This document shows positions 1 to 8,517 of a stretch of 46,735 bases of DNA, piece by piece. The stretch is from NCBI GenBank assembly GCA_050251945.1, contig JBFWLW010000017.1, positions 1 to 46,735 on the forward strand, given 5' to 3'. Under the pieces are notes generated by a model that did no database searches, was not told where the DNA came from, and saw only the letters and a program-made list of their open reading frames with translations. The position numbers were made by a program, and so were the translations under genes. Each line of letters begins with the position of its first letter. Within the stretch, counting starts at the first letter, position 1. Source of the stretch: Deferribacterales bacterium. GTDB taxonomy: Bacteria > Chrysiogenota > Deferribacteres > Deferribacterales > Geovibrionaceae.

Positions 1-308
1 TGGGACATATATTACAGCTTTCATAAATTGGCGCAGTGTAATATAAGAAATAAACAAATAAAAAGGACATAGATGTGTTACCTATGTCCTCGGTTTATTC
101 TGTTACATATCTGTGTGCAGAACAATGTATGATTAGTTTCTGTTGGAAATTTCGTGTAAAATAGGTTTCAGGATGAAACCCGCGGAAAGAATAAAATCAG
201 ATTTATCTGATTTTATGAGTGCAGCGTGAGCGTAATGAGGCATTGCCGATTGGAGCGTTTGCGAAATTTTTCCATGGATGGAATAAATTTCGGGGTAAAA
301 TAGACATG

Positions 309-360
309 AAAAAGCCCCCGCACCGCCTTGAGAACCAAGACCGTTTTTAACGGGGGCTTT
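309..360 (-). terminator. GC-rich stem (AAAGCCCCCG/CGGGGGCTTT) with long structured loop and T-run; probable intrinsic terminator
   Basis: 10-bp inverted repeat at 311-320/351-360, followed by TTTTT on the minus strand. Confidence 0.45.
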
Positions 361-541
361 CTTGAACTGAGGTATTAATCTTCTTACCTCCTGATTTATT
401 TTAACAACCGTGCAAAGCCTTCTTTTCACACGAGACTTTATAAGCGTCTCCCACTTGTTTGCTTGCGTTTGGTTGATACTTCTAACATAGTATCTGCCTG
501 TATTTCTGCAAGAGGAAAAGTTACATTTTTTTGACAAAGGC

Positions 542-811
542 TCATGTTGGACATATCCTGCGAAGCCATGAAGCTATGCCCGCCGGAAGGTGATATGTCA
601 TCCTGTCGGAGACCTCCGCTATCATGACACATGTTTCCGGTTTCAGGTAATCGACAAGGGAGCCGAATATTTCTTCTGATGAGCTTTCTGTGCGCAATAT
701 CCACGCGTCTTTTTTAAAACGCACCCCGTCGTGTCTGTTCAGTTCGCCCGTCACGGCAGATTCTGTGGAAAGGTCGTTGTTGAAATCACAGCTCACTATG
801 AACGTTCTCAT
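542..811 (-). CDS. Small Cas2/VapD-like ferredoxin-fold protein (often annotated SinR-family or Cas2-like)
   Basis: 89 aa; pattern MRTFIVSCDF...DAWILRT.SS.EIF..L..YL.....VMIAEV...WL recalled for this family; purine-rich RBS (AAAGGGGG) upstream. Confidence 0.55.
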   Translation of the reverse strand: MRTFIVSCDFNNDLSTESAVTGELNRHDGVRFKKDAWILRTESSSEEIFGSLVDYLKPETCVMIAEVSDRMTYHLPAGIASWLRRICPT

Positions 812-952
812 GAAGACCCCCTTTATTATTTATACACTTATTGAAAATTATATTGTCAAATCAGACAAATTAGGTTATAAATAACAATTATACGCTATGG
901 TTATAAAATTCACAGATACATGAGCGGTATTTATGTCTATTTAAGGTGATAT

Positions 953-1369
953 ATGGCCGACTATAGAAAATACGCATGTGAAATAAGTGGTAAGCTCTTC
1001 AAAGATATCAATAAAAAAGGTATCAGGCGGGAAAAGCTGGCAAAAGAGCTTAACATCTCCGAAAACCAGATAAAGAACTATGCCTACGACAGCACAAAAT
1101 CAGCCACTCTGGAAAATTTTCTGCATGTTCTCATAACCTACCGCTGTGAGGCTGTGCTTGATCACCTTGCCAGGGATATGGGCTACAGCATTTTCAAACT
1201 GCCGGAGATACAGCAAAACGGGACAGGTCTGACAGAATCTTCCGCGGAAGTTCTTTCCGCCGTATCGGCTGCTGTGGGCGCAGGACTTAAAGACGGCGAC
1301 TGTGCGGAAAAAGTGCGTTTAATACGAAAAGCCATCGAAAAACTTCTGGTGCTTGAAAAAAGCATCTGA
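953..1369 (+). CDS. HTH regulator resembling phage regulatory CII family proteins
   Basis: N-terminal HTH (REKLAKELNISENQIKNY), LDHLARDMGYSIFKLP, C-terminal helical LKDG..AEK..IRKAIEKL; RBS AAGGTG. Confidence 0.6.
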   Translation: MADYRKYACEISGKLFKDINKKGIRREKLAKELNISENQIKNYAYDSTKSATLENFLHVLITYRCEAVLDHLARDMGYSIFKLPEIQQNGTGLTESSAEVLSAVSAAVGAGLKDGDCAEKVRLIRKAIEKLLVLEKSI

Positions 1370-1492
1370 TATCCGGTAAAGTCCTTTCATAATTTTCTCT
1401 TTCACTTTGGTCTGTTGATGATTATCTTTAGTTTTTGATATATAATTTATTACCGTATACAATCTGACCAGTTATATTAATGGAGGGAAATA

Positions 1493-3211
1493 GTGAAAAG
1501 ACTTTTTCCGCTGTACTACAACAAAGTGAGTCCGTGTTATGCCAGAGACCACATCGGCAACCACGGATGCTACGCCAGAAACGATATTCCGAGATTCCTC
1601 TTTCTCGCCTCCGAAGGGCGTTTTGAGGAAGCTTTTTATGTTTTAAAAGATACCAACCCTTTCAGTTCAGGCTGCGGACGCTTCTGCGACCATCCCTGCG
1701 AAACAGCCTGCAACCGGACTAAGTTCGATCAGCCCGTGGACATCAAGGCGCTTGAGCGTTTTGTTTCCGATTACGGATATTCAAAGGGGCTTGCACCGCA
1801 AATGCTTGCGGGCGATAAGGGGAAAAAGATAGCCGTGATAGGTTCCGGTCCTGCAGGGCTTTCGGCAGCATATTTCCTTTCGCGCCACGGCTACCGCGTC
1901 GACGTTTACGAGAAACAGCCCGTAGCAGGCGGTCTGCTCACACAGGGTATACCCGCTTTCCGCTATCCGCGGGACGTTTTCGATAAGGAGCTTGACTTCA
2001 TCAAGGCATCCGGCGTGAACGTCAAATGCGGCGAAGCCATAGACAAAAACAGATTTCTGAACATCGCCCGCGACTATGACGCTGTTATAGTCGCGACAGG
2101 CGCGCATAAGCCTGTGGAGATAGGCATAGAGGGCGAGAAGACAACGGGCGTTGAATCGGCAATACCTTTCCTGCGCAAGATAAATTTCGGTAAAGCGGAT
2201 GAGCTTAAAATTAAAAAGGGCGAGAAGATAGGCGTCATAGGCGGCGGATATTCCGCCATCGACGTAGCCAGATGCAGTGTGCGTCTGGGTGCCGAACCGA
2301 CAGTTGTCTACCGCAGAACCCGCAGCGAGATGACAGCCCACTCCGGCGAGGTTGACGATACAATAAAAGAGGGTGTGTCGTATAAATTCCTCCGGCAGCC
2401 TCTGCGTATAGAGAAGCACGGCGACAAGCTGAAACTGGTTGTTCAGGTGATGAAACTGGGTCCCGTGGACGAGAGCGGGCGGGCAAAACCGTTCGCCGTT
2501 TCAGGCGCTTTTGAGGAACTGATGTTCGACCGCATCGTGCTTGCCGTGGGCGACAGACCTGACCTTTATTTTGTCGGTGAACGCTTCTCAGTGGATTTCC
2601 CGCGCATGGTCTGCCCTGACCTTCAGCATGAGGAAAGCAGTAAGGTCTTTATAACCGGCGACGCTGCCATGGGTTCTGTGGAGAACACAGGCATGGTTGT
2701 CAGGGTTGTCGGACTGGCGCAGGACACCGTTCGCTCAGTCCGTGAGTTTCTGGGCGAAAACGTGCCGCAGGAGACCAAGCGCGAAATAGCTTTTTACAAC
2801 ACGCTTAACACTAAATATTTTGATACCGCCGGACGGCTCATTGAAGAGGAACTGCCCCACGAAGAGCGCAGGGGCAACTTTAAAGAGGTTGTTCAGACCA
2901 TTGAAGGGGATATGGCGATGCTTATGGCTTCCCGTTGTTTCAATTGCGGTATCTGCATTAAATGTGACTGGTGCTACTTCTATTCCGACGGTTCTCTGGT
3001 TAAACTGGATAAAGAGTGGGTGCCTACGAAAGATGAACATTACTATGAATTTATAGAAGAAAATCTGTGCAGTGCAACATATAAGAGCGTCGAGGCGTGT
3101 CCCCGCTCCGCATTGACCGTTACGCCGGAGGGTTCCAGACTGGACGACTTCCGCAAGTGTCAGTATATATCCGCCTGCGAGATAACAAAAGGGGAGTGCA
3201 AAAATGATTAG
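1493..3211 (+). CDS. gltD: GltD-like FAD/NAD(P)-dependent Fe-S oxidoreductase (glutamate synthase small-subunit-like) with C-terminal ferredoxin motif
   Basis: GRFCDHPCETAC, GSGPAGL, VIGGGYSAIDVAR, C-terminal RCFNCGICIKCDWC; GTG start with GGAGGG RBS. Confidence 0.8.
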   Translation: MKRLFPLYYNKVSPCYARDHIGNHGCYARNDIPRFLFLASEGRFEEAFYVLKDTNPFSSGCGRFCDHPCETACNRTKFDQPVDIKALERFVSDYGYSKGLAPQMLAGDKGKKIAVIGSGPAGLSAAYFLSRHGYRVDVYEKQPVAGGLLTQGIPAFRYPRDVFDKELDFIKASGVNVKCGEAIDKNRFLNIARDYDAVIVATGAHKPVEIGIEGEKTTGVESAIPFLRKINFGKADELKIKKGEKIGVIGGGYSAIDVARCSVRLGAEPTVVYRRTRSEMTAHSGEVDDTIKEGVSYKFLRQPLRIEKHGDKLKLVVQVMKLGPVDESGRAKPFAVSGAFEELMFDRIVLAVGDRPDLYFVGERFSVDFPRMVCPDLQHEESSKVFITGDAAMGSVENTGMVVRVVGLAQDTVRSVREFLGENVPQETKREIAFYNTLNTKYFDTAGRLIEEELPHEERRGNFKEVVQTIEGDMAMLMASRCFNCGICIKCDWCYFYSDGSLVKLDKEWVPTKDEHYYEFIEENLCSATYKSVEACPRSALTVTPEGSRLDDFRKCQYISACEITKGECKND

Positions 3212-4400
3212 GAACGACGAATATTCGGCCTCCCGAAATCTGAGTGTAAACGACTTTTCCGGCGGCGAGCTTGGATTGCCGCAGGGTGCCTGCGGTCTGC
3301 TCGCGGTGGCGGGGGATTTCAAACTCAGCGCACTTCTGAAAGCGGCGAGATGCCTCCAGTACAGAGGACGTACCGGAGCCGGCGTCACGCTTAAAAGCCT
3401 TTACAGAGATACAGGCTTTTTCAACTTCCACATCATGTTCCGCAGCGGTGACAAGATTGCCGAACTGGAACAGGTGCTTATCACCATGGGGCTTCGCATC
3501 CTTGAAAAGAAGGATATGGTTCAGCGCAAGTATTATTATGAATACGACCTGCCTGTGATAATGCATTACAGCATCATTCCGCCCTCGCCGGAGGAGATGA
3601 TGTTCCGTGAAAAGATAAAGGACGAGGGCATATATATCAAACGCGTGGTTGCGCGTTTCAACCGTATATACATTGACGATGCCCGAATCTTTTCAAGCTC
3701 AAAATACAACGGCACCTTCCTGACGGCGTTCGAGCTTCAGGATACGATAGACATATATGATATGCACCAGTATGAGGACAGATTCTACGACGCATGTCTG
3801 ATCCACCTGCGCTGGCCTACCAGTCAGGGGCGCGGTCTGTGGTGGGGACCCCAGCCGATTTCTCTGGGCGAAGTGGCGGGCGTGCACAACGGTCACCTTT
3901 CAAGCGACATGGCAAACGCAAGGGCGCTGGAACAGCTTGAGATAATGCTCACCGTCGGCACGGATTCCGAGGCGATATTCCTTTCGGTGGAATATCTTCT
4001 CAGAAGCGGTTACAGCCTTGAGGAGATAGAATGGATAATGTGCCGCAAGTTCCCGCAGGAGGTTCGCCTCATGGCACAGGATAAGCAGGATCAGTATAAC
4101 AAGCTGATGGAGGATCCGCTTCTGTTCCGTATGAAAATGAGCGGTCCCGCAACTGCGATAACCCTTGTTGACGACGTTCTCGTGGGCTTCACGGACAGAG
4201 ACCATCTCCGTTCGTTTTCCGTAGGTGTTAACGAGAAGATAGCACTGCTCGGCTCCGAGCAGAGGGCGGTTATCTCCGCGGCGTATTTCATGCACGAGGA
4301 ACTTAAGATGTTCGACCCCGAAGCCGGATGCATAGTCGGTTTCAACGTTAAGAACAAAGCGGTTTCCAAACTGGACTATGGGTGGAAGAAAAATGACTGA
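3204..4400 (+). CDS. Class II (Ntn) glutamine amidotransferase, stand-alone glutamate synthase domain (GltB1-like)
   Basis: Leader ending QGA|CGLLAV, QYRG, HLRWPTS, HNGHL, GTDSE; overlaps neighbours by 8 bp. Confidence 0.8.
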   Translation: MIRNDEYSASRNLSVNDFSGGELGLPQGACGLLAVAGDFKLSALLKAARCLQYRGRTGAGVTLKSLYRDTGFFNFHIMFRSGDKIAELEQVLITMGLRILEKKDMVQRKYYYEYDLPVIMHYSIIPPSPEEMMFREKIKDEGIYIKRVVARFNRIYIDDARIFSSSKYNGTFLTAFELQDTIDIYDMHQYEDRFYDACLIHLRWPTSQGRGLWWGPQPISLGEVAGVHNGHLSSDMANARALEQLEIMLTVGTDSEAIFLSVEYLLRSGYSLEEIEWIMCRKFPQEVRLMAQDKQDQYNKLMEDPLLFRMKMSGPATAITLVDDVLVGFTDRDHLRSFSVGVNEKIALLGSEQRAVISAAYFMHEELKMFDPEAGCIVGFNVKNKAVSKLDYGWKKND

Positions 4401-7119
4401 TATAAAAAGAGACGTTGTCTTCAAAAGACAGATAAAATATACGGAACCCGACTCCCGCGGCATTTTTGCACAGGGGGCTAAATACTGGGTAAAGGTTACG
4501 GATGAGATTGAAGAGCCGGGCAGGGGATGTGTCCACTGCTCAACCTGCGTCGAGTCCTGCACACACAACCTCACGAACCCGTCGTCTTCCAACGGCGTTT
4601 TCAGCATGGAGGAGGTCTGTTACGATGCGGACGGGAACCGTGTACGCGCGGATGATGCGGACAAGGTTCGTCTTATCGAGAAGATACTCTGGATAAACCC
4701 CGACGAGTGCTGTAACTGCAAAAGATGCGTTAAAATGTGTCCCCAACGGGCAATCAAGGTATACGAAAACCCCGATTATCACGATATCGGCGTTACGCTC
4801 ACCGGACACGAGGAGATAAACAACATCCTCAGCCGTGCGGCGGGAAAATCAAGCATATCGTCCGCACATCTGGGACGGGGCAAGTCAAAGCTTTATACCG
4901 ACTGGCTCATAGACGCGGCGGAGATACTCTCACCCACGCGGGATCATATGAACGAATATGCGGGTCAGATGCGCAGTATGACGCTCGGCAAACGCCATGC
5001 AAGATTCAGATGCGACGTGCCGATAATGGACGTTCACCAGTCATACGGCTCGAACAGCCATGAGGCGGTTCTGGCAAGGATGATGGCATGCGTTAAGCTC
5101 GGCAGACCGTTCTTCACAGGGGAAGGATACATCCACCCCGACATGATGCCCGCCGCAAGCCACTGTATTCTGCAGTTCGGCTCAGGCGGTTTCGGTCCCT
5201 GGGTTGAACTGGACAAGTTCGCCGGAATATCCATGAAATACGGTCAGGATGCGAAAAAAGGCAAGGGCGGCAGACTGCAGGATAAGAAGAACGACTATGA
5301 GATAGCGCTTCTTCGCTGTGTTGAGGCGCTCAGACACCTAAGCTCGCCCAACCCTCAGCATTTGCAGTATTCCATTGAGGAACTGCCCATGCGCGTCGAA
5401 TCCCTCCGTGCGCTCCTTGGCGATGAAAAGCTTATAGGTGCGGACGTTTACGGCACGGCATGGAACTTTCCTGAAATATGCGTCGCCATAGCGAAAGCCG
5501 GATTTGACTACATAACCATAAAAGCGGGCGACGGCTCCACTGGCGCCGCACACCTTGTTGATCTCCAGAACAGAGGTCTGAATATAATCTATCTTACCCA
5601 CAAAGCTGACCTTGCACTCCGTCAGGAGGGTCTGCGCGAACACGTTTCCATAATCTCCGAAGGCGGGGTCATGGATTCATTCGGCGCGATGCTTACTATG
5701 CTTGCAGGTGCGGACTTTGTCGGTATGGGCATGCGCACGCTCCACGTTCTGGGCTGTACGCTCTGCCAGCGCTGTCATACAGGTCAGTGCGCATGGGGTA
5801 TCACATCCAGAAAATTCGGACACCGCATCGACCCTGCCACCGCCAGCGACGGCATTGTGCGTATGATTAAGAGCTTCCACGAGGATATGGAGGGCATGGC
5901 GGCAGGACTTGGCATGTCGAACCATGCGGACGTTATCGGTGCCCGCCGTTTCCGTTACCACGGAAGCGACCCGCTGTTGTTTGAAACGTTCGGCAGGGGA
6001 GAAACACCCAAGCAGGTACCCCATGTGGATGTTAAGGAACGCACCAAAAAGATATTCAAATCACGCGAGGTTTCATACGCAGAAGATACTGAAAAATTTG
6101 AAAAAATTCTGCAGAATATTGACGGTGAAAACCTCAAGATAGACGTAGGTTTCGACCAGATAGAATCAATGCAGCTCAACCACCTTATGAAAGAGGCGGC
6201 GGACAGGGGCGTTAAAAAATTCTATCTGGATAACGTTATGGGACAGAGAACCATCGGCACGGGGATCAAATGCGATGAGATCACCGTCAGAGGGCTTGTG
6301 GGCAACCATGCTTTCGCCTTTGCCCGCGACGTGAAAATAAACGTTATTCCGAACCACAGCACCATCACCACTGTTCCCGCAAATGCTCAGGTTGGCGTTG
6401 CAAACACGTCAAACCCCACTGAAATAAATATAGCTGGCGACGTGAGCGACCTTTTCGCGGCGTATGCCATCAGCGGAACGTTCCGCGTTGCGAAAAGCGG
6501 CGGCGTGCGCAACCTGCTGCTTATGAAAGCGGGTTTGCCCGAAGAGTGGAAAAAGACCGATGCGGAAAAATATGTCGGTGCGGACAAGAACGTGATACTG
6601 AACGAGCTTGTGCGCAGATATCAGAAACGCAAAGCCAGACGTGTCAAAACAACATGGGGCGACTTCCTGAAAGCCTTTGAGCAGAAACTTCACAACAGAA
6701 AGCCTCCCGTTGCCGTTTACGGTCTCGGACATGAAAAGGGCATGGGCGACTATTTTATGGAGTATGCGCAGGGCGGTATAGGTGTTGTTCTTAATGTCGT
6801 GAACCGCGAAACCCCCATCGGCTACTATGTATGCAGCGGTATGACCGCAGGTGCGGCGTATATCCGAGGCAATGTGGAAGAAGAACGGCTTGGGGTCGGC
6901 GTGCGCAAGATAGATTATCTCACCATGGCAGATACGGAATTTCTGAAAGAGCAGATAGACGCTTTCCTTGAAACTTTCAGCGGTATAGATATTGACCCTG
7001 AATACAACGAGAGCCTGAAAGCATTCCGGACTCAGTATGAAACCGAACCGAACAGTGTGTTTGGCGGGTTTTGCAAGATTATACCGATATCGAGCTTAAC
7101 CACCGAATCCAACGAATAG
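4393..7119 (+). CDS. gltB: Glutamate synthase-like subunit: N-terminal 2x[4Fe-4S] ferredoxin + FMN domain + GXGXG beta-helix
   Basis: CVHCSTCVESC and CCNCKRCVKMCP; SYGS, TGEG, KYGQDAKKGKGG, GDGSTGAA; 3Fe-4S motif CTLCQRCHTGQC; C-terminal GMGDYFMEYAQGG and SGMTAG; start taken at the ATG overlapping the upstream stop. Confidence 0.85.
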   Translation: MTDIKRDVVFKRQIKYTEPDSRGIFAQGAKYWVKVTDEIEEPGRGCVHCSTCVESCTHNLTNPSSSNGVFSMEEVCYDADGNRVRADDADKVRLIEKILWINPDECCNCKRCVKMCPQRAIKVYENPDYHDIGVTLTGHEEINNILSRAAGKSSISSAHLGRGKSKLYTDWLIDAAEILSPTRDHMNEYAGQMRSMTLGKRHARFRCDVPIMDVHQSYGSNSHEAVLARMMACVKLGRPFFTGEGYIHPDMMPAASHCILQFGSGGFGPWVELDKFAGISMKYGQDAKKGKGGRLQDKKNDYEIALLRCVEALRHLSSPNPQHLQYSIEELPMRVESLRALLGDEKLIGADVYGTAWNFPEICVAIAKAGFDYITIKAGDGSTGAAHLVDLQNRGLNIIYLTHKADLALRQEGLREHVSIISEGGVMDSFGAMLTMLAGADFVGMGMRTLHVLGCTLCQRCHTGQCAWGITSRKFGHRIDPATASDGIVRMIKSFHEDMEGMAAGLGMSNHADVIGARRFRYHGSDPLLFETFGRGETPKQVPHVDVKERTKKIFKSREVSYAEDTEKFEKILQNIDGENLKIDVGFDQIESMQLNHLMKEAADRGVKKFYLDNVMGQRTIGTGIKCDEITVRGLVGNHAFAFARDVKINVIPNHSTITTVPANAQVGVANTSNPTEINIAGDVSDLFAAYAISGTFRVAKSGGVRNLLLMKAGLPEEWKKTDAEKYVGADKNVILNELVRRYQKRKARRVKTTWGDFLKAFEQKLHNRKPPVAVYGLGHEKGMGDYFMEYAQGGIGVVLNVVNRETPIGYYVCSGMTAGAAYIRGNVEEERLGVGVRKIDYLTMADTEFLKEQIDAFLETFSGIDIDPEYNESLKAFRTQYETEPNSVFGGFCKIIPISSLTTESNE

Positions 7120-7365
7120 CCACGGGTTATATGCGGTGCATTTCTGCGTTAAAAAATGAGAAATCCTTATCATGTACTGATATGTACACTCAAAAGATTT
7201 CTCATTTTTCGCCTTGAACTGCTTGCACCTAACCCGTGGTGTTGTAACTGCAATTTTTGCCCAGCGCCTTGAATCGCTTGGCTCTAAGCCGGGTCTGTAG
7301 CATCGCGATGACCTGCTCGGTTCTAAAAAGAGATGATACGTAAGAACTTGCACCTAACCCGTGGC
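7119..7365. repeat. 247-bp palindromic intergenic element with 11-bp terminal inverted repeats and internal 18-bp direct repeat
   Basis: GCCACGGGTTA (7119-7129)/TAACCCGTGGC (7355-7365); CTTGCACCTAACCCGTGG at 7222 and 7347; AAAAATGAGAAATC/GATTTCTCATTTTT internal stem. Confidence 0.7.
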
Positions 7366-7375
7366 AGAAAATCAC

Positions 7376-7409
7376 GTCTCTGCGAGGAGCATAGCGACGA
7401 AACAGTCTC
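7376..7409. repeat. REP-like hairpin unit (GTCTCTGCGAGG...CGACGAAACAGTCT family)
   Basis: Matches units at 11195, 12441, 34804, 36466, 40486, 46570. Confidence 0.75.
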
Positions 7410-7420
7410 AATTACATAAA

Positions 7421-7452
7421 AAAAGCCCTCTGATTTATTTCAGAGGGCTTTT
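7421..7452. terminator. Bidirectional rho-independent terminator
   Basis: AAAAGCCCTCTGA-tttatt-TCAGAGGGCTTTT between convergent genes. Confidence 0.85.
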
Positions 7453-7454
7453 AA

Positions 7455-7557
7455 GGTTGTTGATAAACTTGTTAAAAGTTAATGACAGCAATTTATGTCT
7501 TCGCGAGGAGCGCATGTGACGACGCAATCCCGCATTTTACTGACTTTGTCATCAGTC
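7455..7557 (+). mobile_element. MITE-like element (GGTTGTTGATAAA...TTTGTCATCAGTC ends) enclosing a REP-like unit
   Basis: Imperfect terminal inverted repeats shared with 36587-36766 and 46534; no ORF. Confidence 0.55.
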
Positions 7558-7592
7558 TGGGCTTTTGATTATCTTTTAATGCCGGATATCTG

Positions 7593-8324
7593 CTATTCGC
7601 TTCCCATCGCATCCGTGATGCCGACCTTTTTGTATCCTGCCGGAATGGAGAATTTACCGTTTTCAATGGGCTTTGTGGAAACCGATTGCAGTACGGTGAT
7701 GTATGAGTCCATTGCTCCCGCGCTCATGGGGACGCCGGGTATGCTGTGAACCGTCTTTTCATAGATCACATAGCCGACCTTTTCGGATATTTCGTCCAGT
7801 TTAGTGCGCACAGGGTCAACGTTACCCTCAAAATCCATTACCTTAAGCCAGTTTTTAAGTGCCGCTCCGTCTATTTCGTTCAGAATAAGCTGACGCACCT
7901 GCGGTGAAACGCATATCTGCGAAGTTGCGGGCTGGTTCTGCAGACCGACATCATACCTGTCGCATGCGTATCCTCCGTATTCTCCTTTCCCTGTTTTCTT
8001 GATGACCACGGGAGCCTTTGCCCCGTTTTCCATATTAAACTGCTTCACCATTTCGGGGTCAACCCCATCCATGTCGCCTTTGTTCATTTCGGCAAGTTCC
8101 TTAAAAGTTGCCTTGAAATATGTTTTTCCTTCCGGATTAAACCCGTAGACTGTCTGGGTTTTCAGGTCGGTGATATTAAGAATTTGTCCGTTCTCCTGAA
8201 CGGCCACCCTGTTTTTTGAAAAGTAGCTGGTGGAGACAACTCCGTCAGTTTTTTCGGTCAGGGTTACGTCGGCAAAAGCATACATCGCAAAAAATGTTAA
8301 TACAATTACCAGAAGGCTCTTCAT
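7593..8324 (-). CDS. Secreted protein, DUF4412-like
   Basis: Signal peptide MKSLLVIVLTFFAMYAFA; KKTG...GGYACDRY and C-terminal FSIPAGYKK typical of DUF4412; GGAG RBS. Confidence 0.7.
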   Translation of the reverse strand: MKSLLVIVLTFFAMYAFADVTLTEKTDGVVSTSYFSKNRVAVQENGQILNITDLKTQTVYGFNPEGKTYFKATFKELAEMNKGDMDGVDPEMVKQFNMENGAKAPVVIKKTGKGEYGGYACDRYDVGLQNQPATSQICVSPQVRQLILNEIDGAALKNWLKVMDFEGNVDPVRTKLDEISEKVGYVIYEKTVHSIPGVPMSAGAMDSYITVLQSVSTKPIENGKFSIPAGYKKVGITDAMGSE

Positions 8325-8517
8325 ATATGATGCTCCGTTACACACAAACGTTATAAACCAATTATATGATACCTTATCTGAATAGATAAATAAATAGTCA
8401 AACTTTATCCGTCAGGTAAAAATCACGTTTTATGTCCTTTTTTTGTGTTATAATCCCAATTAGCTGATATTGCTATTTATAATTTTTTACTGATTGACTT
8501 TTAATTGGAGTTTTACT

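Noticed and set aside
133..537. 134-aa minus-strand ORF
   Set aside because: TTG start, no clear RBS, no family resemblance, and it runs through a terminator-like hairpin
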